A stretch of 32,000 nt of DNA from Desulfocapsa sulfexigens DSM 10523 (GTDB lineage Bacteria; Desulfobacterota; Desulfobulbia; Desulfobulbales; Desulfocapsaceae): assembly GCF_000341395.1 (NCBI RefSeq), contig NC_020304.1:3780001-3812000 (forward strand), in the 5' to 3' direction. The translations under genes were made by a program, and so were the position numbers. Each line of letters begins with the position of its first letter. Positions within the stretch are counted from its first letter, which is position 1. Under the pieces are notes generated by a model. It saw only the letters and a program-made list of their open reading frames with translations. It was not told the DNA's origin and ran no database searches. Positions 8,634 through 17,151 of the stretch are shown in pieces.

Positions 8634-11456
8634 CTACTCCTTGATGTCCATGGCAAGCACAACATCCAGACAACGTTTACAGAGTTGCGGGTGATCGGAA
8701 TTGCTGCCTACAAAACTGTCACGGGTCCAGCAGCGTTCACATTTTTCGCCACTTGCCGCACGAACAGCGACAGCGAGCTCTGGAATTTCCTCACTGACCA
8801 TAAAATCAAGATCAGTAACAGCACTCTTATCTTCACAACGGGTAAGCACCGAAATAATGCAGACATCCTTCACCTGCTCCCATTCCTGCTCGATAAAAGT
8901 TGCCCAATCACCGGTCACCTCAATCAAGACTTCAGCTTCAAGCGGATGGCCGATACGTTTTTCGCGACGCGCTGCTTCCAGAGACTTGGTAATTGCAGAA
9001 CGAACCTGAATCAGTTTGTTCCATCGTTTTTCCTGACTGACATCAAGACGCTCAGGAGCTGCGGAAGGAAATTCGGTAAAAAAGATACTTTTTTCCAAAG
9101 GTGAATTGTCATCCAGATTCTTAAAATGCTCCCAGGCCTCGGTGGTGGTGAAAGTCAGTACCGGACTCATGAGTTGCAATAACCCTTCCAGAACCTCGTA
9201 CAATACCGTCTGAGCCGAGCGACGCAGATGTGAATCAGTTCCAGAACAGTAGAGCCTGTCTTTTAGGATATCAAGATAGAAGGCACTCATGGTGGTTCCG
9301 CAGAAATAATTCAGAGCCTGATGGATAGGATGAAATTCATACTTCTCGTAGGCAGTGGTCACCTTAGCTCGCAGTGCTTCAAAACGGCCAAGTGCCCAGC
9401 GATCAATCTCTTCCATCTTCTCAAATGGCACGGCATGAAGAGAAGGATCAAAATCCGTTACATTCCCAAGCATATAACGGATGGTATTACGAATTTTTCG
9501 ATAACTGTCCGCGACCTGTTTAAGGATTTCATCGGAAACCTTCACATCATCGCGATAATCTTCACTTGAGACCCAGAGACGCAGGATCTCGGCGCCAAAT
9601 GTTTTTATAACCTCACCGGGAGCAACCACATTACCAATGGATTTTGACATCTTCTTTCCCTGACCATCGACCACATAGCCATGGGTCAAAACGCCCTTAA
9701 ACGGTGCCTGACCACGGGTTCCGACGGAGGTGAGCAGAGAGCTCTGAAACCAGCCTCGATGCTGATCACTGCCTTCCAGATAGAGATCAGCCGGATATCG
9801 TAACTCTGGACGCGCCTCTACAACGGCTGCATGGGAAGATCCTGAATCAAACCAGACATCAAGAATATCTTCCTCTTTCTCAAAATCACTGGCTCCGCAT
9901 GAAGCGCAACAGAAGCCCTCTTCAAGAAAGTCAGAGAGCTCATGGCTGAACCAGGCATCAGCCCCTTCTTTTCGAAAGAGTTCATCGATGCGTGCAACCA
10001 GAGCCTCACTTTTGACAACTTCACCACAGCTCTTACAGCTGACAACCGTTATGGGAACGCCCCATGTACGCTGACGGGACAGGCACCAGTCAGGACGATT
10101 TTCCACCATGGAGTGGATACGATTCATCCCCCAGGATGGAGTCCAGACAACGTTTTCTATTTCTTTCAAAGCCTTTTTCCGAAGATCATTGATCTCCATC
10201 GAAATAAACCACTGGGGGGTTGCCCGGTACATAACCGGTTTTTTACAGCGCCAACAGTGTGGATAACTATGATGCAGGGAAGATTCATGAAGCAGAACAC
10301 CGCTTACTGTCATATCTGCATTAATAACTTTATTCACTGCAGGAATCTGCTGACCGGCATATTTTCCAGCCTCATCGGTATAGCGCCCTTCACTGTCAAC
10401 GGGAGACAGCACTTCAAGGTCATAGCGCAGCCCTGTCAAATAATCGTCAGCACCATGTCCCGGAGCGGTATGTACACAACCTGTTCCAGCTTCAAGAGTG
10501 ACATAATTGGCCAGTACCATCAAGGAATCACGATCCATAAAGGGGTGACGGCATTTTCGTTTTTCAAGCCCCTGGGCAGAAAATGTGGAGACAATTGAAT
10601 ACTCACCAACAGCCATCTCCTCCATTACACCTTCAACCAACTCTTTGGCCATGATCAATATTTCATCGCCTGTTTTTACTGCGGCATATTCAAAATCCGG
10701 ATGAAATGCCACTGCAAGATTTGCTGGCAGGGTCCAGGGAGTGGTGGTCCAGATAACCACGGAGAGTTTATCTCCAGACAGCGCTGGATTCACGTCGGAC
10801 CAATCCTCCTGGACAGGAAATTTCACATAAACAGAAGGTGAAGTGTGATCATAATACTCGACTTCAGCCTCGGCCAGGGCAGTAGTACAAGTGGAGCACC
10901 AGTATACCGGCTTTTTATTACGAATTACTGAACCTGAGAGGAGGAACTCATTAAATTCACGGGCAATGGTTGCCTCGTAGTCGTAATTCATGGTAAGGTA
11001 AGGATTCTCCCAGTCACCAAGTACTCCAAGACGCTTGAACTCATCCTTCTGGGTCTTGATCCACTTACCGGCATAGTTGCGGCATGCTCCTCTTTTGGCG
11101 ATCTTGGGGATAGAGTTCTTCTTTTCACCAAGTTCCTGATCCACATTGTGCTCAATGGGCAGCCCATGACAATCCCAACCCGGAATATATGGAGCCTGAA
11201 ATCCAGCCATACGTCTGGATTTCAGAATAATATCTTTTAAAATTTTATTGAAGGCAGTGCCAAGGTGGATGTGACCATTGGCATAGGGAGGGCCGTCATG
11301 AAGCACATACAATGGCTTGCCCTGAGCATGAACTTGTAACATTCCATATAAATCTTCTTTTTCCCAGCGTTTAAGGTACATTGGCTCTTTCTGATTCAGA
11401 TTGGCCTTCATCTTAAACTTGGTCTGCGGCAGATTCAGGGTGTCCCTGTAATCCAT
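8634..11456 (-). CDS. ileS: Isoleucine--tRNA ligase (type 1, with C-terminal Zn-finger)
   Basis: HIGH-type motif PPYANGHIHLG, KMSKS (KKMSKSIGN), and C-terminal CERCW...CKRC. The start is set at the ATG at 11456, preceded by AGGAG with a 6-nt spacer. The track's 38-codon upstream extension begins with TTG and looks non-coding. Confidence 0.95.
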   Translation of the reverse strand: MDYRDTLNLPQTKFKMKANLNQKEPMYLKRWEKEDLYGMLQVHAQGKPLYVLHDGPPYANGHIHLGTAFNKILKDIILKSRRMAGFQAPYIPGWDCHGLPIEHNVDQELGEKKNSIPKIAKRGACRNYAGKWIKTQKDEFKRLGVLGDWENPYLTMNYDYEATIAREFNEFLLSGSVIRNKKPVYWCSTCTTALAEAEVEYYDHTSPSVYVKFPVQEDWSDVNPALSGDKLSVVIWTTTPWTLPANLAVAFHPDFEYAAVKTGDEILIMAKELVEGVMEEMAVGEYSIVSTFSAQGLEKRKCRHPFMDRDSLMVLANYVTLEAGTGCVHTAPGHGADDYLTGLRYDLEVLSPVDSEGRYTDEAGKYAGQQIPAVNKVINADMTVSGVLLHESSLHHSYPHCWRCKKPVMYRATPQWFISMEINDLRKKALKEIENVVWTPSWGMNRIHSMVENRPDWCLSRQRTWGVPITVVSCKSCGEVVKSEALVARIDELFRKEGADAWFSHELSDFLEEGFCCASCGASDFEKEEDILDVWFDSGSSHAAVVEARPELRYPADLYLEGSDQHRGWFQSSLLTSVGTRGQAPFKGVLTHGYVVDGQGKKMSKSIGNVVAPGEVIKTFGAEILRLWVSSEDYRDDVKVSDEILKQVADSYRKIRNTIRYMLGNVTDFDPSLHAVPFEKMEEIDRWALGRFEALRAKVTTAYEKYEFHPIHQALNYFCGTTMSAFYLDILKDRLYCSGTDSHLRRSAQTVLYEVLEGLLQLMSPVLTFTTTEAWEHFKNLDDNSPLEKSIFFTEFPSAAPERLDVSQEKRWNKLIQVRSAITKSLEAARREKRIGHPLEAEVLIEVTGDWATFIEQEWEQVKDVCIISVLTRCEDKSAVTDLDFMVSEEIPELAVAVRAASGEKCERCWTRDSFVGSNSDHPQLCKRCLDVVLAMDIKE

Positions 11457-11607
11457 AACTCTCTCCTTGATACGCGGTTTGCGATATTCGGTTTGCAATG
11501 TAAAAGCTGCTGCATAAGTAATGTGACAAATAAAAACTGCTAAAAATACCAACTGAGGGTGAAGATGCAAGGAAAATTGGTAAATTCCACTGAAACCAGC
11601 TTTAAAT

Positions 11608-11636
11608 TTGACATCCGCGTATGCCTTAATTACTAT
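11608..11636 (+). promoter_or_regulatory. Candidate sigma-70-type promoter for the CooC-like/ftsEX block (TTGACA-N17-TACTAT)
   Basis: Perfect -35 TTGACA (11608-11613), a 17-nt spacer, and TACTAT (11631-11636; 4 of 6 match to TATAAT). It sits about 70 nt upstream of the 11706 ATG. This is a sequence match only. Confidence 0.35.
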
Positions 11637-11705
11637 AGTAAGGTTGTATATTTACTTAAAACTTACATAATACAGTACTCTTTCACATAACTATAGAGAC
11701 AATCC

Positions 11706-12464
11706 ATGACTAAAATCATTGCCATGGCTGGTAAAGGTGGGACGGGAAAAACCACCACCTCGGCCCTGTTGACCAGATATTTGCTCAAAAAAAGACAGAC
11801 TCCCTTTCTGCTCGTCGACGCAGATGCCAATGCCAATCTCAATGAACTTTTAGGGCTTGACGTCAATATCACTCTTGGCCAGATTCGTAAAGAACTCAAA
11901 GGGGAACTCCCCCCTAACGTGACCCGTGATCAATTCATGGAAATGAAAATTCATCAGGCACTTATAGAAGAGACCGGATATGACCTGCTTGTTATGGGAC
12001 AACCCGACGGCCCAGGTTGCTACTGCGCAGCAAACCAGTATCTTGCCATGACCATGGACAAACTGGCAGAAAACTACAAGTACATCATCGTTGACAACGA
12101 AGCCGGAATGGAGCATTTGAGTCGTATGAATATGCGTACTATTGATTATCTTCTTGTCACTTCTGATCCGTCTGCCAGAGGGATACTCACTGCAAAACGG
12201 ATATCAGACATCACAGAACCCCTTGGACTTGAAATCAAAAATCAGTTTCTTCTGGTGAATCGTGCCCCACACCCCGTACCGCCGGCCCTTCAAAGCAAGA
12301 TAGACGAAGCCGTGGCGGATTCCGGGATGCAGCTTGGTGGTATCATTCCTTCAAGTGAATCGCTAATCAACCAGGAACTCAGTGGTGAATCCTATCTCAA
12401 CCTTGACGACAATGATGATATTGTGGTTACCGTCAATGAAATGTTTGATAAAATCTTTTCATAA
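11706..12464 (+). CDS. cooC: CooC/AcsF-family nickel-insertion NTPase (MinD/ParA-fold, SIMIBI class)
   Basis: Deviant Walker A AGKGGTGKTT. The diagnostic C-x-C metal-binding motif GPGCYCAAN (12018-12026) aligns with the GSQCYCREN of characterised CooC1. 252 aa. Confidence 0.8.
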   Translation: MTKIIAMAGKGGTGKTTTSALLTRYLLKKRQTPFLLVDADANANLNELLGLDVNITLGQIRKELKGELPPNVTRDQFMEMKIHQALIEETGYDLLVMGQPDGPGCYCAANQYLAMTMDKLAENYKYIIVDNEAGMEHLSRMNMRTIDYLLVTSDPSARGILTAKRISDITEPLGLEIKNQFLLVNRAPHPVPPALQSKIDEAVADSGMQLGGIIPSSESLINQELSGESYLNLDDNDDIVVTVNEMFDKIFS

Positions 12465-12535
12465 TTTACTCTTTTAGACACTTGCCAGTGACCAATCAAG
12501 AATCCACAGACGATAAAGGGCTAAAGAGAAACACC

Positions 12536-13207
12536 ATGATCGAAATGATCAAGGTGAGTCGTACGTATGCCCCCAACATTAAAGCCCTCTCCGACATTTC
12601 ATTTTCCATCGAAACGGGTGAAATGTTCTTTCTTATAGGCAGAAGTGGTGCCGGCAAAACAACTCTGCTGAAACTCATCTGCAATATGGAAACACCCAGT
12701 AATGGGTTAATTGAAGTGGCTGGCTACAATATCAACACCCTCCGGGGTAAGAACCTGGCTCACCTGAGACAAAAAATCGGTGTCGCCTATCAGGACTTCA
12801 AATTGTTAAGCAATCGCACTGTTGCAGAAAACATCGCCATTGCCATGGAAGTCTCCTATAAAAACCCACGTGCCATCAGGCACCGGGTAAGAGACCTCCT
12901 TGAGCAGTTACAGTTGACTGACAAGTACGATACCATTACCAGCGAACTCTCTCGCGGAGAACAGCAACGTGTGGCACTGGCCAGATCCGTTGCAAACTCG
13001 CCCCGCCTGATTCTTGTTGATGAGCCCACTGGAAATCTTGACGCATCCACCACGGAACGTGTGATGTCACTCCTCACCCGATCGAACAAAGCTGGTGCCA
13101 CTATTGTTATTGCCACTCACGACGCCTCTATCTATCAGCAGGGTACCCATAGAATCATGGAACTGCGCGATGGCAATATCCACTCCCTTACAAGGGGAGG
13201 CCGGTAA
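12536..13207 (+). CDS. ftsE: Cell-division ABC transporter ATP-binding protein
   Basis: Walker A GRSGAGKTT, signature LSRGEQQRV, Walker B LILVDEPTGNLD. The start is set at the ATG at 12536 (MIEMIKVSRTY); the track start at 12482 is a TTG. Its stop overlaps the ftsX start (TAATG). Confidence 0.9.
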   Translation: MIEMIKVSRTYAPNIKALSDISFSIETGEMFFLIGRSGAGKTTLLKLICNMETPSNGLIEVAGYNINTLRGKNLAHLRQKIGVAYQDFKLLSNRTVAENIAIAMEVSYKNPRAIRHRVRDLLEQLQLTDKYDTITSELSRGEQQRVALARSVANSPRLILVDEPTGNLDASTTERVMSLLTRSNKAGATIVIATHDASIYQQGTHRIMELRDGNIHSLTRGGR

Positions 13208-14094
13208 TGAATTTCTGGTTTGCAGTCTTCAGACAGGCAGGTCGTAATCTCCGACAAACCTGGACTTCCCAGTTTATGACTTTTCTGACCGTCAGTCTCT
13301 CTGTATTGATTTTTGCTTTTTTCTATCTCATATACACCAATATGCTGGGTGCCGGTGACAGATTGAGTGACGACCTTCGACTGATTGTCTATCTGGAGGA
13401 CGAACCCGGTCCCCAAATGCAGCAACAGCTTCGTCGCAAAATTGAAAATTTTGACAGAGTTAAAGAAATCCGTTTTATCTCGCAGGAAGAGGCCTACGAG
13501 CGCTTTGCCGAGCAACTTGGTGAAGACTCCGATGTCTTGGCTGACATGCCAAAGAATTTTCTGCCTGCGTCCATTGAAATTGTGCCTTTAAAAAGTCTCC
13601 GGGGTTACAACCAGATCAAACTTTTCTCAGAATATCTGGCAAACCTGCCCGGCACGGAAAAAGTTCAGTATGGTCAGGAATGGGTGGAACGATTCTACTA
13701 TTTCACCAGATTACTGACCATCGTAGTACTTTTAAGCGGGACACTTCTTATACTCACCGCAACCTTTATGGTAGCCTACACCATCAGACTTACCATCATG
13801 GGACGCCAGGACGAACTTGAGTTGTTGAAACTTGTAGGGGCCACCAACAGTTACATACGAACCCCTTTTCTCATCGAAGGGATTCTCCAGGGATTCATGG
13901 GTTCCATTATCGGGTTGTTGGCATTGTATGGCCTTTTCCAGTGGATCAGTGCACACTTTGCAGGCCCCGGCCTTTTAAATGTTTTTCATTTCAGTTTTTT
14001 TTCACCCGTTGTCATCTTCCTGATTATTCTTAGCTCCATCTGTCTCTGCAGCCTCGGTAGCTATACATCCATACGAAAATTTTTACGGCTTTGA
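13207..14094 (+). CDS. ftsX: Cell-division ABC transporter permease-like protein
   Basis: One N-terminal TM, a periplasmic domain, then three C-terminal TMs. It lies directly after ftsE with an overlapping stop/start. 295 aa. Confidence 0.85.
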   Translation: MNFWFAVFRQAGRNLRQTWTSQFMTFLTVSLSVLIFAFFYLIYTNMLGAGDRLSDDLRLIVYLEDEPGPQMQQQLRRKIENFDRVKEIRFISQEEAYERFAEQLGEDSDVLADMPKNFLPASIEIVPLKSLRGYNQIKLFSEYLANLPGTEKVQYGQEWVERFYYFTRLLTIVVLLSGTLLILTATFMVAYTIRLTIMGRQDELELLKLVGATNSYIRTPFLIEGILQGFMGSIIGLLALYGLFQWISAHFAGPGLLNVFHFSFFSPVVIFLIILSSICLCSLGSYTSIRKFLRL

Positions 14095-15335
14095 TGTTTT
14101 TCTCAAGCAACGCTCTTCAACAGTTCAGAATTCCTGGTCCGACACAGTCCATACTACTGGTTGCCTGTATTCTGATATTTTCTGCCTCCTTCCCCCATGA
14201 CTGTAAGGCCCAAAGTGACCGTACACTGGAAAAACAGAGTATTAAAAAGGATATCCAAAAATACCGTATCAACATCAGCAAACTCCAGGAAGGCATAGCC
14301 AGCCAACAACTCCAGATACAGTCCTCTAAAGAAAAGAAACGTAATCTCCTCGACGAGCTGGCCCAGATAGAATCCAGACTTTTTTCACAGCTGAAAAAAT
14401 TACATGACCTTGAAGCCGAAATGAACAAACAGGAGTATCTGATAGGCGTCAAAGAGACTGAGCTCCAGAAATCACAGAGAGCCAAGAAGGCAGTACAGCA
14501 CCACCTTCAGGAGAGAATCAGGGCCTACTACAAGATGGGAGAAATTGGAGTTGCAAATGTGGCGTTTTCCACAGAGAGTATGCCGCAAATGTTAAAATTT
14601 CGAGATTCCTTCACCAGCCTGATTGAATACGACAAAAGCCTTATCAAGAAATATCGTAAGTCCATTTACGAGTTGCAGCAGGCAAAAGAAACCCTGAATC
14701 TTGAAAAAACTGTTTTGCATGATTTCCTCTCCCAGGCAAAAATCGAACAGGAAGCCACAAAAACGATCAAACTTGAAAAAGAGACGTTGCTCAAACAGAT
14801 TGAAACACAGAAGGAACTCCACGAGCAGGCGGTTATGGAAATGGAAAAGGTTGCCGATAACCTTTCCAACTCTCTCGACGCCCTGAAAAGAAAAGATACA
14901 CTCCTCGACCAGGGATTTCTTGTAGATAAGGGGAAACACCCGGCACCACTTTCAGGAAAGGTCACAGCTCTCTTTGGCCAGGAACGGAAAAACCGCCTTG
15001 GGGTCAAAGGAAAAACAAAGGGGATAACCATTGCTACGGAAGGCACGAACCGTGTCCATGCAATTTTTGATGGTGAGATACGCTACGCCTCCTATCTCTA
15101 TGGTTATGGGAACACAATTATTATCGATCATGGCTACCAGTATTTTTCTATCATTTCACGTCTTGAAAAACTTCTCGTGAAAGAAGGCGCTACTGTGAAC
15201 CAAGGAGACATCATTGCTCTCACCGGTGACACTGCAACTCTCATGGAAGAAGGTGTTTATATTGAAATCCGCCACGGCTCAACCCCACTCGACCCTTTAC
15301 AGTGGCTTGACAACAGTGGTCTTGTTCTGCCATAA
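14094..15335 (+). CDS. envC: EnvC-like murein hydrolase activator (coiled coil plus degenerate LytM/M23 domain)
   Basis: Signal-like N-terminus, a ~250-aa K/E/Q-rich coiled coil, and a C-terminal M23 fold (NTIIIDHGYQYFSIISRLEKLLVKEGATVNQGDII). The canonical HxxxD and HxH zinc motifs appear lost (KGITIATEG; VYIEIRHG), as in non-catalytic EnvC. The ATG at 14094 overlaps the ftsX TGA. Confidence 0.8.
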   Translation: MFFSSNALQQFRIPGPTQSILLVACILIFSASFPHDCKAQSDRTLEKQSIKKDIQKYRINISKLQEGIASQQLQIQSSKEKKRNLLDELAQIESRLFSQLKKLHDLEAEMNKQEYLIGVKETELQKSQRAKKAVQHHLQERIRAYYKMGEIGVANVAFSTESMPQMLKFRDSFTSLIEYDKSLIKKYRKSIYELQQAKETLNLEKTVLHDFLSQAKIEQEATKTIKLEKETLLKQIETQKELHEQAVMEMEKVADNLSNSLDALKRKDTLLDQGFLVDKGKHPAPLSGKVTALFGQERKNRLGVKGKTKGITIATEGTNRVHAIFDGEIRYASYLYGYGNTIIIDHGYQYFSIISRLEKLLVKEGATVNQGDIIALTGDTATLMEEGVYIEIRHGSTPLDPLQWLDNSGLVLP

Positions 15336-15390
15336 TTGGAAAAGATATTTTTAAGTTACCCACCCCCCAATCAACTGCAACGGATATCAC

Positions 15391-16773
15391 GTGAAAATAA
15401 TAGTAATTTTGTTTTCGGTTTTTTCATTGTTCATTAGCTTAACAGGCCCTTCGTTTGCTGCCATCTCTCAGGATCAGCGAGAAGCCACTTACCGCGAGCT
15501 GGAAATATTTGCCAATGTCCTCAGTATTCTACAGGAAAACTACATTGATGAAATAGACGCCGACACAACCATAGAAGGGGCAATCAGTGGTATGCTCCGT
15601 TCCCTTGATCCTCATTCGTCATACCTCACAGCCGAAGACTTTGATGAATTACAGGATGAAACAAGAGGTAACTTTTCTGGGATCGGAATCGAGATCACTA
15701 TTCGTGATGGAATCCTCACCATCATCTCTCCCATTGAGGGAACGCCGGCAGATCTTGCAGGACTTAAGGCAAAGGATCTCATCGTAAAAATTAATGGTGA
15801 TGCAACTAAAGACATGGCAGCAATGGACGCAATTAAATTGCTGAGAGGGCAGAAGGGAAGCGAGGTTACCTTATCAATTTACCGTGATGGCTGGCAGGAA
15901 TTAAAAGAATTTACCATAATACGTGACATCATCTCACTCCATAGCGTCACCGGCCTTTTTCTCGAACCTGGATTTGCCTATATTCGAATCACCAACTTTC
16001 AGGGCCAGACGACAAAGGATACAAAAGCGCTTCTGAACGAATTAAACCTCAAAAACCCGATTAAGGGGTTAATCCTCGACCTCCGAAACAATCCAGGAGG
16101 ACTCCTCGATCAAGCAATTTCAATCTCTGATATTTTCCTTGAAGAAGGTCTTGTTGTGTACACAAAGGGGAGAATCCAAGAGCAGAATATGACTTTCCAG
16201 GCTCATGCCAACAATGGCAAGAATCAGTATCCATTGGTCGTTCTCGTGAACGAAGGATCTGCCAGCGCCTCTGAAATTGTTGCTGGCGCAATTCAGGATC
16301 ACAAACGGGGTGTTATTGTCGGAACCAAGACCTTTGGCAAAGGCTCGGTTCAGACCATCCTCCCCATGCCAGGGGGATCCGGCCTTCGACTTACCACTGC
16401 GCGCTACTACACACCAAACGGCAGATCAATACAAGCAACCGGCATAATTCCCGACGTCGAAGTTCCACATATCACCTACGTAAAGAATACAAAAGAAGAG
16501 CGTATTCTCCCTGAATTCGTGAGGGAAGCGGATCTAAAAAATCATATCTTAAACGGTGATAGACAGCCCAAACAGGCAAGCGAACCTGCACTTGATACAG
16601 AAGTAAAAGGTATCACTCAGGAAGAGCGAAAGACAGTAGCTGATCGTCTCAAAAAAGACAACCAGTTGCGATCAGCGCTGAACATTCTCAAAAGCCTCAA
16701 CCTGTATACCGAATATAAAACCAACTCAGCACCCGAAACAACTCCCCAACCGAAACAGTCAAAGGAACTTTAA
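15391..16773 (+). CDS. ctpA: Carboxy-terminal processing protease (S41 family, with PDZ domain)
   Basis: Signal peptide, PDZ region (GIGIEIT...GTPADLAGLKAKD), catalytic Ser motif GSASASEI and Lys motif TFGKGSVQ. GTG start. Confidence 0.9.
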   Translation: MKIIVILFSVFSLFISLTGPSFAAISQDQREATYRELEIFANVLSILQENYIDEIDADTTIEGAISGMLRSLDPHSSYLTAEDFDELQDETRGNFSGIGIEITIRDGILTIISPIEGTPADLAGLKAKDLIVKINGDATKDMAAMDAIKLLRGQKGSEVTLSIYRDGWQELKEFTIIRDIISLHSVTGLFLEPGFAYIRITNFQGQTTKDTKALLNELNLKNPIKGLILDLRNNPGGLLDQAISISDIFLEEGLVVYTKGRIQEQNMTFQAHANNGKNQYPLVVLVNEGSASASEIVAGAIQDHKRGVIVGTKTFGKGSVQTILPMPGGSGLRLTTARYYTPNGRSIQATGIIPDVEVPHITYVKNTKEERILPEFVREADLKNHILNGDRQPKQASEPALDTEVKGITQEERKTVADRLKKDNQLRSALNILKSLNLYTEYKTNSAPETTPQPKQSKEL

Positions 16774-17011
16774 AAATTTCACGAAAAACAGTACACACTT
16801 TATCACAGGTTGCGTTTTGATTAATACCCTGAGTCTGTTCTATGTTCTATGCTGAAAATTTCCTTTTAACAGAAAGCTAACGATTGGGGCAGAAAAAAAT
16901 GAACTGCATCTCGAAACTTGGTGGGATAATAACGGCAACACTGATGATGTTGTTTACAGAGATGTGATGGGATCAGGGACATGGATTCCTGAAAGCCCTG
17001 GATAGTGAGTG

Positions 17012-17045
17012 AAAAAACTTCACAGTTCGCACTGTTCCATGGAAG
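17012..17045 (-). terminator. Candidate intrinsic terminator downstream of the TPR/OmpA-like gene
   Basis: The minus strand reads CTTC-catgga-ACAGT-GCGA-ACTGT-GAAG-TTTTTT. That is a 5+4 bp stem with a GNRA-type loop followed by a T6 run. It lies about 110 nt after the stop at 17152. Confidence 0.4.
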
Positions 17046-17151
17046 AAACCCTGCAGCAGCCTACAATATACTTGCAATAAATCGTCCCCTCACTTCAATC
17101 CGTTTTTATCACGTATTAAAGTGGATAAGTCACGATAAACTTCTTAAAGAG

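Noticed and set aside
9942-10598. Long antisense ORFs inside ileS (218 aa), the RNB gene (20233-20826, 197 aa), bioG/bioF (3458-3847), ftsX (13135-13515), prfC (24348-24731) and ntrX (30701-31968, several)
   Set aside because: They lie opposite strongly supported genes and have no recognisable motifs or SDs. They are typical shadow frames of codon-biased genes.
11475-11496. A direct repeat CGGTTTGC x2 (14-nt period) in the ileS 5' leader. I also searched for a T-box, an attenuator or a BirA-like operator (TTGTAAACC...GGTTTACAA) upstream of ileS, fabD and bioB.
   Set aside because: An 8-nt repeat is too short to be significant alone. The copies are direct rather than inverted, and I found no T-box or specifier elements and no BirA-type palindrome.
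11457-11570. The 38-codon N-terminal extension of ileS in the ORF track. Similar extensions affect fabD (8128-8214), bioG (3686-3856), the NifX-like gene (25980-26039) and ftsE (12482-12535).
   Set aside because: The extensions start at TTG or at poorly placed codons. They overlap upstream genes or lack an SD. In every case the conserved N-terminus of the family begins at the internal start, which has a better SD.
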